Shown here: positions 48,422 through 59,770 of the stretch, in pieces
How positions within the stretch are numbered: position 1 is the first letter of the stretch
Layout of the letters: each line of letters opens with the position of its first letter
Notes under the pieces: model-generated
The model's input: only the letters and a program-made list of their open reading frames with translations
What the model was told of the DNA's origin: nothing
Databases searched by the model: none
Translations under genes and position numbers: made by a program
Assembly: GCF_902459465.1 (NCBI RefSeq)
Contig: NC_047064.1
Span: 10,618,160-10,682,159 of the forward strand
DNA length: 64,000 nt
DNA from: Asterias rubens
Taxonomy: Eukaryota
Direction: 5' to 3'

Positions 48422-49984
48422 CTGCAAAAAAAAAAAAAAAAATATTATTTGAGTTTTCAATTAATAAAAACCGGGTACGGGCCTCTAAACTAATAGGTAT
48501 TGAAAAAAACATGAAATAAAGGTTGTTCTCTCAAAACCATTTTCAGACCTTGAACTTCCCTCTTGAAGGAGCACATCCATTTTTTTTCTGGTCAGGGGCA
48601 ACTCAGGAGATTGATTGACAGCTCTTTTGTTGCCAGGAAAAATTCACCTTAAACCCATCGACCTTAACAGAAATACTTGAAGCAGTAGTTTTCTTATCCC
48701 GATAAATCAAATGGCACATCAACAGCTCCATACCCACTTTTAATTTGAGGAAAACAAATGATATATATTTGAACTAATGTCCCCCCCCCAAAAAAAAAAT
48801 AATAAATAATAAATAAATTAATTATTTAATAAAAAAATAAATTTATAATTAAATAAAGCATAAATAAAAAAATTAAAATTTTAAATATACAAAATAAAAC
48901 AAAAATTATGAGAGGACCTAAATTTCGTTCCTATAAAAAATAATTAGTTGTTTTCCCAAAAAATAATACTGTTTAGCTCCTTTAAATTAGTCATTCATTT
49001 TCTCAAACAATTATTGTGTTCCTATGAAAAAAAATTCCCAGCAAGTTTCACTCCGAATTCATTGTTTCATGCTTTTAGACAGCCGAGCAGATTGACTCAG
49101 ACGCACAATTTGGGGTCTGGTTCTATCGGAAATGTTCACAGTCCTCATATGTTAAGAGCGTCAAGTCAGTAAAGGCAGATGGAAAAGAGCGTCGGATTAA
49201 TGTTGCGTAATCCAGTAAGTAGGAAAAAACGGTGTTTGACGCTCCACACACCGTGCAGTATGCCTACACAGTACTCCACATCAGTTGCAACTTAGCAAGG
49301 GCGGGCTGGAAAAGAGTTGGCCTAATGACAATTATGAAAGTCTCTGGTAAGTGAAATATTTGTCAAAGTGATTCCACATTTTATAGTTGTTCATTTAGAT
49401 GAGTAAGCTTCAAAATTTCCATCATTTTCCAACAGTATGCCGTAAATTCTGAAAAGATTGCTAAACTAAAAGTAAGTAAATAAGTCTTCAGAAATCCTCA
49501 TTTGAGCGGCTAAAAAGTGAGCACTTAATTCAAAATTGTTCTACTCCATTTTCCAGCATTTTTTAACCGTAGCCAAAACATGAATTAAATGGTTTGAACA
49601 ACTTCAAGTCAGTGGTTTTTCTCGTACTTCATTATGAAAGTGTAGCCCAAACAACATACCGCAGGTTAGACCTAAAGTGGATGTCTATGGTAACCAAGTT
49701 CCTGAGAATTGTAAGGTTATAGGCGGATCTGAGAACACTTTTATATAAACAATAATAAACACTCACTTCATACAACAGGACATATGGCTTCCCTGTACTA
49801 CATTATTGGTTGGGTGGGATGGGGTCACATTTCTTTTATTCATTGAGAAAGAAGAATCATTCATCATGTTTTTGTGAATGTGGTTTTACAACGCATAAAC
49901 TTGCGTTTTGGGTTGACCTGGCAGGGTCAAAATTCCCTTTATTTACAATTTTTACGGTTAAAGGAACACGGATCAGACGAGTCG

Positions 49985-50800
49985 GTCTACAAAAAGCGTT
50001 TGTAATTGATTTGTTCCTAGGTCTTTAATAGTAAATTGATTTGTTCCTAGGTCCTAGTGAATTGATTTGTTCCTAGTGAATTGCATGTTTCCTAGGTCCT
50101 AGTGAATTGAATTATTTCTACGTCTTAGTGGGTTGATTTGTTCATAGGTCTTAGTGGGTTGATTTGTTCCTAGGTCTTAGTGAATTGAGTTGTGCCTAGA
50201 GATTGAATTTCTCCTAGGTCTCAGTGAATTGATTTGTTCATAGGTCTTAGTTGGTTGATTTGTTCCTAGGTCTCAGTGAATTGAGTTGTTCCTAGAGATT
50301 GAACTGTTCCTAGGTCCTAGTGAATTTAATTGTTCCTAGTGAATCGAGTTGCGCCTAGGTCTCAGGGAATTGAATTGTTTCTAGTTCTCGGTGAATCGAT
50401 TTGTTCCTAGGTTCTAGTGAATTGAATTATTCCTAGGTCCTAGTGAATTGATTTGTTCCTAGTGAATTTAATTATTCCTAGGTCCTAGTGAATTAATTTG
50501 TTCCTAGTGAATTGATTTGTTCCTATACAGTATGTCTTAGTGAACTGAATTTTTTCTAGGTCCTAGTAGATTGAAATGTTCCTAGGTACAACAAAAACTG
50601 ATTTGTTCATATTGATTTTTTCCTTAGTAAAATGATTTGTTCCTATCAAGGTCATTGTGAACTGATTCTCCCATGTTCCAGTGAATTGATTAAATCATAA
50701 AGTCCAGGTAAACTGATTTGTTCCTAAGTCACCGTGATTTGATTTGATTTGATCATAGCTATCAGTAAATTGATTTGGTACATAATCTTTTATGGGTCTC
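49985..50800. repeat. Satellite array of a ~26-28-bp unit (~28 copies) in PCTP intron 2.
   Basis: Imperfect tandem units of GTTCCTAGGTC(C/T)TAGTGAATTGA(T/A)TTG. Confidence 0.85.
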
Positions 50801-52854
50801 GAAGACTCGGTTTGCTCCTTATAAAAACAGACCCTGGTCTATGGTAAAAGGAAGCTGTACAACGCTTTAAGGAGGTACGCTTAATATAAGAAAAATTGCA
50901 TTCCTGTGTCACTCCCAAAAAGTATTAGAAAACAACGCAAGTATTTTTTTTTCTTGAAAGACTTTTTTCTTGTTTCAAGGATACAATGCAGTGTAAAATG
51001 AACCGGTTTTGTGTTCAGTAACTGCAAATTCAAATGTTTCCAAGTGATAAACTAAGGGAAACTGACTGGGTTACATGTATATGATGTTGGGTTGAACAAA
51101 GAAGAAATTACTAATGTTCAGTCTTTTCTGTTCAGTTCTAATCTTGTTTTCATGGGGTGATATTGCTAAACTCTTATCATTAGCTGGAGAGCTTTAATCC
51201 GATTATTGAATTCTTTGGACAGATAAAGGTAAAGCCAATTATCTCACATGAGTTATAAAGCTAAAGAAAGGCCACACAGAAAGGCAAAGTTATGATTTAA
51301 GTTTAAAAGTAACTCATGTCGCTTTTTAGTTTTCTTCATATCCTCTTCTAATATCAAATTCTGAACTTTGTTGGATAACTTTTGTGTTTATTTATTGTAA
51401 CAAAAGCTCATAACAAAGGCAGGGCAGTTTGGCATTTTGTTGAAAATCATTTGATCATTTAAGTATTTTATCTGTGTTATTGATCATTACATGTATGTCA
51501 TTGTATAAATATGTATATTAGGCATTAGGTGCAGTTAAAAGTCTATTCAGTTTGGGGCAATAGGTATTATGTGTAACCCCAGATCTTAAAAGTTGAGATA
51601 TAATCATTTAAAACTTGTAAGAAACCATCCAGCAGGACCTGTCTTTGCTCTGATATGCACTATTTCTGTGAAATCAGTTTTTGTGATAATATGCACTATT
51701 TCTGTGAAGTGCATCTTTTGTCTTAATTTAAACAATAAAACTATGCTTTGAATGTTGGAAAGAAACAAATTGCAAAACCTCAGCCAAATCATCTGATTGT
51801 TGCTCATAGATGTACGTGCATGCACGTCACAAGCACATAATATTTTAGGCTTTTTCAAAGGTGTGTACACAAACATGGGAGTGCACACAAATGCAGCTCA
51901 CAGTACATGCTCTACTCAGTACACGTGTACACGTACATGTAGATCTATGGGTTCAACACGTACTGTACAACTACAATACTACTGGTATTACTATAATTGT
52001 TATTATTATGATTCTTAAATGACATAAATGGTAATTAAAAACTGCTGAGTAAGACTACAGTTTACAATGTTAATGAAATACTAAGGGAAAAAAACACTGA
52101 CAATACAATAATGGAGAGGGGGGCTTGTGCCAGTCACCCCCCCCCAGCCCTGATCCCCAATTTGGACCCAGACCTTTGAGATTCAACACTACCTATGATA
52201 AGCTTTCATGTGGTATTAAAACTGTTTTTCTATTTACACACTGACAATGTAATTTGAGATTAAAAAATTTGAGGACGACCAAAAGTAAAAAGGTACATTT
52301 AATAAGCTTTTTGACAATACTAATTAAACTCTGCGTTTAATTGTTGAAAACTATTTTCTATACTACGCAAAACAAAAATCCAGTTGTTCGTCCCCACTCC
52401 CCTCCATCATCCTTTGTTTGAGGGCGCCGCCCCCTTTTTTTCTTTTTCTTTTTTGAACAAATTTTCGGTGTACATTATTTCTCATTTAACTAACTAATCT
52501 TTGAAGAACTTGTAAACTACATAAGGTAGGTGGTGACTTTAAACTGAAGAATTTGTGGCCAGTTTGAAATAAAATGCTTGGTGACCACCTTAAGAAATAC
52601 AAAATAAAAAGACCCTCATCCCTTTTGGAAAAACCTGGACGATCACTGGTATACTTCTTGGCCTTCATACACACTAATGTAATTTGATGTTACCTCCACC
52701 TCAAACTTGCTTTCAAGAATTAAGAAATGGCATAACAAGAGCGCTGAAAAGGAGCACACGGGTCATTGCGTAGATTGTAGGAGTGAGGTTAAGAAAAATT
52801 AGCCAAGAGAGCCCCTCTATACAAAATGAAGTAATCATATTGTGCCTAATTTGT

Positions 52855-54420
52855 TTAAAGCCATTGGACACTTTCGGTAAACAGTGTTGTCCAAAGGCCC
52901 ACTCTTCATGTATCACAACTTGTATAGGGTACGTTCAGACGTGGGGTTAAACTAGTCCTTAATCCGAGCACCGCGGGTGTCCAAAAGATAAACATGACTT
53001 AGTCCAAAATTGGCTTGCGTTCACACAGTGAGTTTATTCTGGTCAAGCGGACTAAACTAGCCCACGATGTTGATTATTGGGTCATGCATCGGCGAACCTT
53101 ACCATTGCTGGTTCCGGTTTGTTACATTGTCCATGCGTTTTCCACAGGGTTTCGATCCGCTATCGTTTCTACGAACCTCATGGTCATCATGTATTCCATC
53201 ATTAAAGACGGCAAAATCACTTCATATCCTTGCTTGGCCCCAGCACAAACGCAATTCTATTGTGCCCGCTGAAGTTTCCGTTCCGCACTGCCCTCGATGA
53301 ACGAAACATTTACACGTTGTTGTTGAAAGCTTCAAATTATTTTCGAGTGTGAACTTTTGTAAATATATCACAACTTGGTCATTAAGAAGTCGTAGCCTAC
53401 ACACATTCTCATGTTACGTTAAAAATTGTTTTTCAATTCAACATTAGTCTGCTACTCGTATAACTGTTACGTAAAGTTGTTGAGGGCAGGAACCAGATAC
53501 AACCTAGTTTTCGAACCCAAACTTTGGTCTTAATTGTCGATCCCGTGTGTAGCTTAGCTGTGATTAGATGCCACTTTCTTCAAAGCAAAACCCGTTCGTT
53601 ATCATAAAGTAGCGTTGCACACAGAAGAAGTGAATTTAAAAACTAAATAGTGCTACTAAAAATGAGAACTTGTTTTCGTGCGACGTCCATTTCAAACATT
53701 TTCGGCGAAGGGGAATACCGGGGCCCCAACACTTAATGGTAACATAAAGGGAAGGCAGCGGAGAGACGCAAGGAGATATTATATAGCTCCATGGATTCAT
53801 GAAGACACCACCCAATACTCGCTGCCGATCCATCCATACACGTGGAATGACGTCACCTTTGTTGCCGCGGTCATTTGGGCTAAAATAGACCGGAAGTAGC
53901 AGGTCAGTTGCGTTCCAACGATGGTTTACTGGGCCTCGCAGCGGGGGGTTGGTCGTAAAACCTGGGCTAAGTTTATTGTCTAGTCCACCAATTTTTTTGG
54001 TTTAGTTTAGCCCAGCTCAGTGGGTCAAATTAACCCTCGCGGACCAGAATATTGCGTTCACACGCAGGGTTAGTTTAGCACTTTTGGATTAAGGACTAGT
54101 TTAACCCCACGTCTGAACGTACCCATATAAAATAACAAACCTGTGAAAATTTAGGCTCATTCGGTCATCGGAGTCGGGAGAAAATAACGGGAAAACCCAA
54201 CCTTGTTTCCGCACGTTTCGCCGTGTCATGACATGTGTTTAAAATAAATCCTTAATTCTCGATAACGAGAATTGATAATTGTTTTAGTGTTTTCTCAAAA
54301 AGTAAAGCATTTCATTGAATAATATTTCAAGAGAAGTCTTTCACCATTACCTTCTGTAAACCCTGTAAGTTATTTGTAAATCTGTGAACTTTAATTTTTT
54401 TCTTTCTAGTCAGAAAGTGT
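52855..54420 (+). mobile_element. MITE-D copy interrupted by the nested insertion above.
   Basis: The 5' part at 52855-52920 and the 3' part at 54121-54420 are collinear with the intact copies at 4760-5080 and 44906-45280. Confidence 0.8.
52921..54120. mobile_element. Non-autonomous TIR DNA transposon (~1.2 kb) nested inside a MITE-D copy.
   Basis: The ends are ~45-50-bp terminal inverted repeats: gggtacgttcagacgtggggttaaactagtccttaatcc... at 52921 and its reverse complement ending at 54120. Long subterminal inverted repeats share the core gcgttcacac. The host MITE continues on both sides, and compared with uninterrupted copies the join carries 3 extra bases (tat/ata), implying a 3-bp TSD. 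Confidence 0.75.
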
Positions 54421-54524
54421 ATAATGGCCTTTTTTTTGCCATTGAGTTGAGGGCCTTCATGTGAGGCCAGGTTGGGGTCTTTTTAAAGTTACCCTCTGTA
54501 AGATGTTTTGGGGGCTAGAAAAAT

Positions 54525-54860
54525 ACAAAGTGATTGGAGCGGGACTAGAACCTGCGACCTCCGGATTATTGTGCCCGCGCTTTACTAACTGAGCTATTCG
54601 GTGCTTATGTTGGCGGTGTCCCTTTTTTGTCAAATTCTTTGTTCAGGGGTGCCACTCAGATGCAATACAACCTGTAACTGCTGTAAAGCCACAGATCACA
54701 CTCCCAAGTTGATTTCAAATATTAAGTACAAAAAACACAAGGGACACCAACTTGGTAAATTCTTAAGTTAATTTTTGGTTGGAAAAAGAAAAATTTACTA
54801 GAGCGGGACTTGTGCCGACGCTTTAACAACTGAGCTTTTAAGTCCTATAAATGTTCGTGT
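54525..54860 (-). pseudogene. Two tRNA-like remnants within a ~270-bp tandemly duplicated unit.
   Basis: The first (54531-54610 on the minus strand) reads gcaccgaatagctcagttagtaaagcgcgggcacaataatccggaggtcgcaggttctagtcccgctcc. Its A-box TAGCTCAGTTAGT and B-box GGTTCTAGTCC are intact, but the acceptor stem does not pair. A degenerate second copy lies at 54790-54855. Confidence 0.45.
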
Positions 54861-55047
54861 TAGAGCCTTTTGCTGGTCTCCCCATTTTGTCAATGTGTTT
54901 GTTCGGGGGCGACAGTCAATTTTACTTGTGGTTTATATAACTTTATACCTTAAAATATAATGACAACCTATTTCGACAATCTCTTGAAAAATAAGTTGAA
55001 AAAGTTCAGCAGTCTGCTAGGGGGATAAAGATGGGGAATCATACTTA

Positions 55048-55165
55048 CTGTTGACATAACTGTCCCATGTTTTCCGGTACTCCAGATCAACATACACCTT
55101 GGCGCAAGTCTCTGGTCCAACACCACTTAATGTCCCAAATACCTTGTATTCATACAATCCTGAGT
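55048..55165 (-). CDS. PCTP: PCTP-like exon 2. Encodes DSGLYEYKVFGTLSGVGPETCAKVYVDLEYRKTWDSYVN(K).
   Basis: Matches human GLYEYKVFGVLEDCSPTLLADIYMDSDYRKQWDQYVKE. Acceptor ttttgag| and donor ACA|gtaagt, both on the minus strand. Confidence 0.88.
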
Positions 55166-55744
55166 CCTCAAAACCAATGAAAAAATAATTTACTGTTAAT
55201 AAAATGTATCTTTAAAAAAAAATAACAATTTTGGTTAGATTTAGTAAGTTAGAAAAGTATTGTTCATGACACAGTAATTATTGCATGTAGCATTTTTATA
55301 TACTAACGCCAATCATAGCTATCACCCCAGCATGACAGGAATTATTATGGACAAATATAGTTCTTCTGCATCCCACACCAAGGTCAAAGTAACTTTTGTT
55401 AAATTTTCTAAGCAATAGAAATTCTTTGTTGAAAATGTTGGAGGAGTTACATGATATTTTTAAATATGAAACTTTTGTAATTTGACGCTCGATGACGTCA
55501 AAACTTGTAATGGTTACATCTACTACTTCTACTCATTACATAGTTTGAAGTAGGTTTGCTAAGTATTTTGGTCAATCACTGTCAATGAAGACACTCGATG
55601 TATAGCAAGTAGAAAATGGAACTTGGTCTAAAGGGACTGTAACTTGGTCTAAACATGCTAAATGACGAAAAGACCACACCAAACACACACGATTGTAATT
55701 CAGGACTCTCCACAATGACAATAGTAATATCAGTGAATGCTTAC

Positions 55745-56290
55745 GTCTTCATAGAACCTTCTGTACCATGCAGCCATGATACACGTACTTCACAAAGCTA
55801 ACAAAGGCAATTGCCTCCATGCCCCCTGGTCATTGCCTTGGTGCCCTTGAAACGTTACAGTTGAATTTTTACAATTTCCTCGTAGGGTGCCCTTTACCAA
55901 GAAGAAAATGCCAAGGTGCCATTGCCCTTTCAAAACGGAAGCATACTGTACAGGCCTGCATGGATGTTGCAGGTCTCGAACAGCACCCACAGCAATTTCC
56001 GTGGTGCCCTTTGATTGCTGTGGTAATATTAGTGACAGCCTGTACGGAAGTCTCCATCAGAACCTTCCACAGTTGTATCATGCAGCCATGGACAAGCCTG
56101 ACACTTCACATTTAAGGCAACAAAGGCGATTGCCTCCATGCCCTTACCTTGGTGCCTCTGAAAAGTTCCAGGACAAGTTTACATTTTCACCATACATGTA
56201 CGTGAAGAGTGTCCCTTACCAGAGGAAAATTATTGTGCCCCTTCAAAAGCAAAAAGGCCCGGTGTTGACTGCTATGTTGCGCTACGGGTA
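55745..56290. repeat. Tandem duplication of a ~330-bp unit containing ~40-bp GGTGCCC... sub-repeats.
   Basis: The segment 55745-56075 repeats at 56075-56290. The recurring motifs ggtgcccttgaaa, ggtgccctttaccaagaag and gtgccccttcaaaag explain supplied ORFs 55819-56115 and 55887-56330. Confidence 0.7.
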
Positions 56291-56503
56291 CAATGTATGG
56301 GTGCACTGTAATTTGAATAGACTTACATGATTCGTAACATCACGCATGCTTCCCACCCTGTGTATCAAGTGCATCAAGTTGCAGAGCTAGAGTTTGAAAT
56401 AAACAACGCACCACAGCACATGGCAGATTCAACATGGCACTTATTAACCATAACGGGTTGATTGAGTTGAGCCATGGAAGCGCTACCTGTCCAGCCTAAT
56501 AAG

Positions 56504-56884
56504 AGTTGAAGGCAGTGGACACTATTGGTAATTACTCAAAATAACTATTAGCATAAAACCTTTATTGATTACGAGTAATCGGGAGAGGTTGATGGTATAA
56601 AACATTGTGAGAAACGGCTCCCTCAGTAGTTTTTGAGAAAGAAGCAATTTTCCACGAATTTGATTTTGAGACCTCAAGTTTAGAATTTGAGGTCTCGAAA
56701 TCAAGCAGTTGAAAGCACACAACTTCGTGTGACAAGGGTGGTTCTTCTTTCATTGTTATCTCGCGAGTTCGATGACCGATTAACCTCAAATTTTCACAGG
56801 TTTGTTATTTTATGCATATGTTGAGATACACCAACTGTGAAGGCTAGTCTTTGACAAGTACCAATATTGTCCACTGCCTTTAAA
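56504..56884 (-). mobile_element. MITE-C copy.
   Basis: Lies in PCTP intron 1. Confidence 0.8.
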
Positions 56885-57539
56885 CTTTACAACTCCTCCC
56901 CTGTCCCCACTCCCAAAGTATGTCTTGATGAGTGGCCTGTTCTTGTGATCCAGTTCTAGTTTGATCCAGATTCTTGTTTGATACAGATCTCTTCTCCATC
57001 CATGTGTATGGACAGTATTCAAGTTGCGACATCAGCGACTACGCTAACAAAATCAAGACAAGGCCTACACCCAACTTTCCTCCATGCCCCAATCAAGTGT
57101 TCACAATATACTGCAGTCTGTCTTTTTAGGACAATAATGATAAATAGGCCTACAAATCCTATCGATGAACATTTGACTTGACCTTGAACTTACAACGTAT
57201 AGATCTATCACAATATGGACAATCAACTTCAGCCGGCTAGATAATAAATCAGGCACTAACATCATGACAATTATGAGTTGATCAAGCATAGACTTGTGGA
57301 CAAGTCTTTAAATGTCTGTCGCAGTAAGCGTTCCCCGCGATTCCTCGGTATTCTCGCGCCCAATATTAACGACTTATCCACAAGTCTAATCATGCATTGC
57401 AATGCATTTTTAACAAATACATTATTTGTAAAGACAGAATTTATCACCACAGTTTAAGTTCCTACATGTTGTTTAATTTCACTAAAACTAAGGTTTAACA
57501 ATAATGTTAACGACACCTAGCCCACCTTGTTGAGCTGTT

Positions 57540-57685
57540 AATGGCTCCGCTTTTAACATTGGTCTCGTCACTGTCACCATTACATTGTAATGGTGACAGT
57601 GATGAGACCGATGTTGTAATGGTGACAGTGATGAGACCGATGTTGTAATGGTGACAGTGATGAGACCGATGTTAAAAGCGGAGCC
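57540..57685. repeat. 29-bp tandem repeat (GTAATGGTGACAGTGATGAGACCGATGTT)x3 with an inverted-repeat flank.
   Basis: ggctccgcttttaacattggtctcgtcactgtcaccattac is the inverted complement of the unit. It lies immediately left of the MITE-F arm. Confidence 0.8.
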
Positions 57686-57689
57686 ATTA

Positions 57690-58790
57690 AAGGAACACGT
57701 TGCCTTGAATCGCCTTGGATCGGACGAGTTGGTCTATAAAAAGCGTTTGAAACCGTTTGTTATGAAATGCATGGTTAGAAAGATATTTTAAAAGTATAAT
57801 GATCCACACAAGTACCACTCAAAATTGCACGGTTTTCTTTTTACGTCGCGAACTAAGCACAACTACTCCATTGGTGACAGTATAATCCAGACAGTAAGTG
57901 AAGAAAGAGATCTTGGGGTAATCATCCATCAGTCACTAAATGCAAGTACCCACTGTGCGAAGGCAGTCAAAAGCGCATTCAGAGCCCTGGGGCTAATCAA
58001 CAGAACCATTACGAACAAAGACAAAACAACAATCATCAGACTGTACAAAGAACTGGTTAGACCACACCTAGATTACTGTGTTCAGGCGTGGAGGCCTCAT
58101 CTTCAAAGGGACATTGACCAAATAGAAAGAGTGCAAAAGAGAGCGTTGCGAATGATTGGAGGTCTATCTCACCTAGACTACGTTCACAGACTCAGGGAAG
58201 TGAAATTGACCACCCTGGAGTGCAGGAGGCTGCGAGGAGATCTTATCGAGACCTTTAAGATACTCAGGGGCCTTGAGGGCTTGAACCCGGAACACTTCTT
58301 TGATTTGTCAACCGTGCAGCACAGGGGTCACCAACTTAAACTGTACAAATCAAGATCCAACCTCAACCTCAGGAAGTTCTGGTTTACCCAGAGAGTGGTC
58401 AACTACTGGAACATTCTCCCTCGAAAAGCAATTGAAGCTTCAAGTGTGAACATTTTCAAGGGACATGTGGATAAATTCCTAAAGAACGTCGGGGGGCTCT
58501 ACATAAGCTTATCTAAGCTGTCTGCCCCAGTAACCAGAACCACCGTCTCCTCCCCAGTTGTGTGATGGCGTCGGTGGGTTCAAGTAAGTTCAAGTAAGAC
58601 CGTGTTAGTCGACGAGGTAAAAAGAAAACCACGCAATTTCGAGGCATATTTTTGTGTGGATCATTGTATTCTACTTTTACAACATCTTTCTAACCATATG
58701 CATTTTATAACAAACGGTTACAAAACGCTTTTCAAAGACCAACTCGACCGATCCAAGGCAACGTGTTCCTTTAACAGCTCAACACAGAAG
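57690..58790. mobile_element. Composite element in which MITE-F arms flank the CR1 ORF2 3' fragment.
   Basis: The left arm at 57690-57840 and the right arm at 58600-58790 are inverted copies of each other and of the 26126-26512 arms. The 759 bp between them (57841-58599) is the CR1 RT tail. Confidence 0.8.
57841..58599 (+). mobile_element. CR1/L2-like LINE, 3' end of ORF2 (RT C-terminal domain) plus a short 3' tail with (ttcaagtaag)x2.
   Basis: Supplied ORF 57825-58565 translates to ...LDYCVQAWRPHLQRDIDQIERVQKRALRMI...TLECRRLRGDLIETFKIL...HRGHQLKLYKSR...RKFWFTQRVVNYWNILP...FKGHVDKFL. This is the classic CR1-clade ORF2 C-terminus (RRLRGDLI, FFTQRVV..WN.LP). Confidence 0.85.
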
Positions 58791-58894
58791 GTTTAGCACA
58801 TTTCATGGATTTGATACGGCAAATGGTTTCCATGATATGATAACATGAAGAAACGCTTCCGGTTGTTTGAGTTTTAATACGTTAGTGAATTTAC

Positions 58895-59014
58895 CTCTTG
58901 ATATTTGCGGTAGATCTGTACACCTGAAGACTCAACAAAGAACTCATAGTCCGAAATTCTTGGATTGTCCAGCTCAGAGCAAGCTTCTTCAAATTCTTCA
59001 TCCGTGAAGTCCAT
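58895..59014 (-). CDS. PCTP: PCTP/StarD2-like START-domain protein, first coding exon. Encodes MDFTDEEFEEACSELDNPRISDYEFFVESSGVQIYRKYQE.
   Basis: Minus-strand ATG at 59014. Matches human PCTP ...SEEQFWEACAELQQP...WQLLVETSGISIYRLLDKKTG. Donor GAG|gtaaat on the minus strand (plus-strand atttac at 58889-58894). Confidence 0.85.
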
Positions 59015-59446
59015 TGCTAATTATCAGTGTAATGTATTGTTAAGATTATGGAGGAGGAGAAGCAACAAACCTGTATGTCAACAACAAAAATAAATGTCAA
59101 TGCGAGTAAATGGCGCCCTCTCTTGGCAAGAATTGTTTTCACTACGGGTGGGTGTGTCATCACACATAAACTCCCATAGACATGTGCAAAATAATTCCTA
59201 ACTATTCAAAAGTTAGAAGTCTCAAAGCTTTCTACAGTAAAAAGAAGAGTACTCATTTACTCTTAAACTTTAACCTACTACTCAACTTAATACGCGGAGT
59301 CCCAGTTCCCTTCGAGTTACCCCCCCCCCCCCCAGTTGTTGTTTCAATTAATGTGCGATCATCAATATTTTGAAAAGTAATCTCCGGTCCTTTGTCCAAA
59401 AGTCCAAATATCACCATTTATTTAAGGGCCTTTATCATCCAAATTA

Positions 59447-59770
59447 CCTTTAAAGCCATTATACACTTTCGGTACAGAAAAGAAGAAGTTCACAGATTTA
59501 CAAATAACTTACAGGGTTTACAGAAGGTAATGGTGAAATAGTTCTCTTTAAAAATATTATTCCATGATATGCTTTACTTTTTGAGAAAACATTAAAACAA
59601 TATCAATTCTCGATAGCGAGAATTACGGATTTTTTTTAAACACATGTCATGACACGGCGAAACTTGCGGAAACAAGAGTGGTTTTCCCGTTATTTTCCCC
59701 CGACTTTTGTTATTTTATATATAAGTTGTGATACATGGACAATACCGTTTACCGAAAGTGTATAATAATG
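59447..59770 (-). mobile_element. MITE-D copy.
   Basis: Collinear with 4760-5080 in reverse orientation. It sits 430 bp upstream of the PCTP start codon. Confidence 0.75.

Noticed and set aside
49985-50800. The regular short tandem array considered as a CRISPR-like locus.
   Set aside because: This is a eukaryotic context (spliced genes, LINEs and SINEs). The units are contiguous with no unique spacers, so it is a satellite or minisatellite.
57825-58565. The 246-aa ORF, the longest in the window, considered as a possible novel host gene.
   Set aside because: Its sequence is the canonical C-terminus of CR1-clade LINE ORF2 (RRLRGDLIETFKIL...FFTQRVVNYWN.LP). It is a retrotransposon fragment, not a cellular gene.
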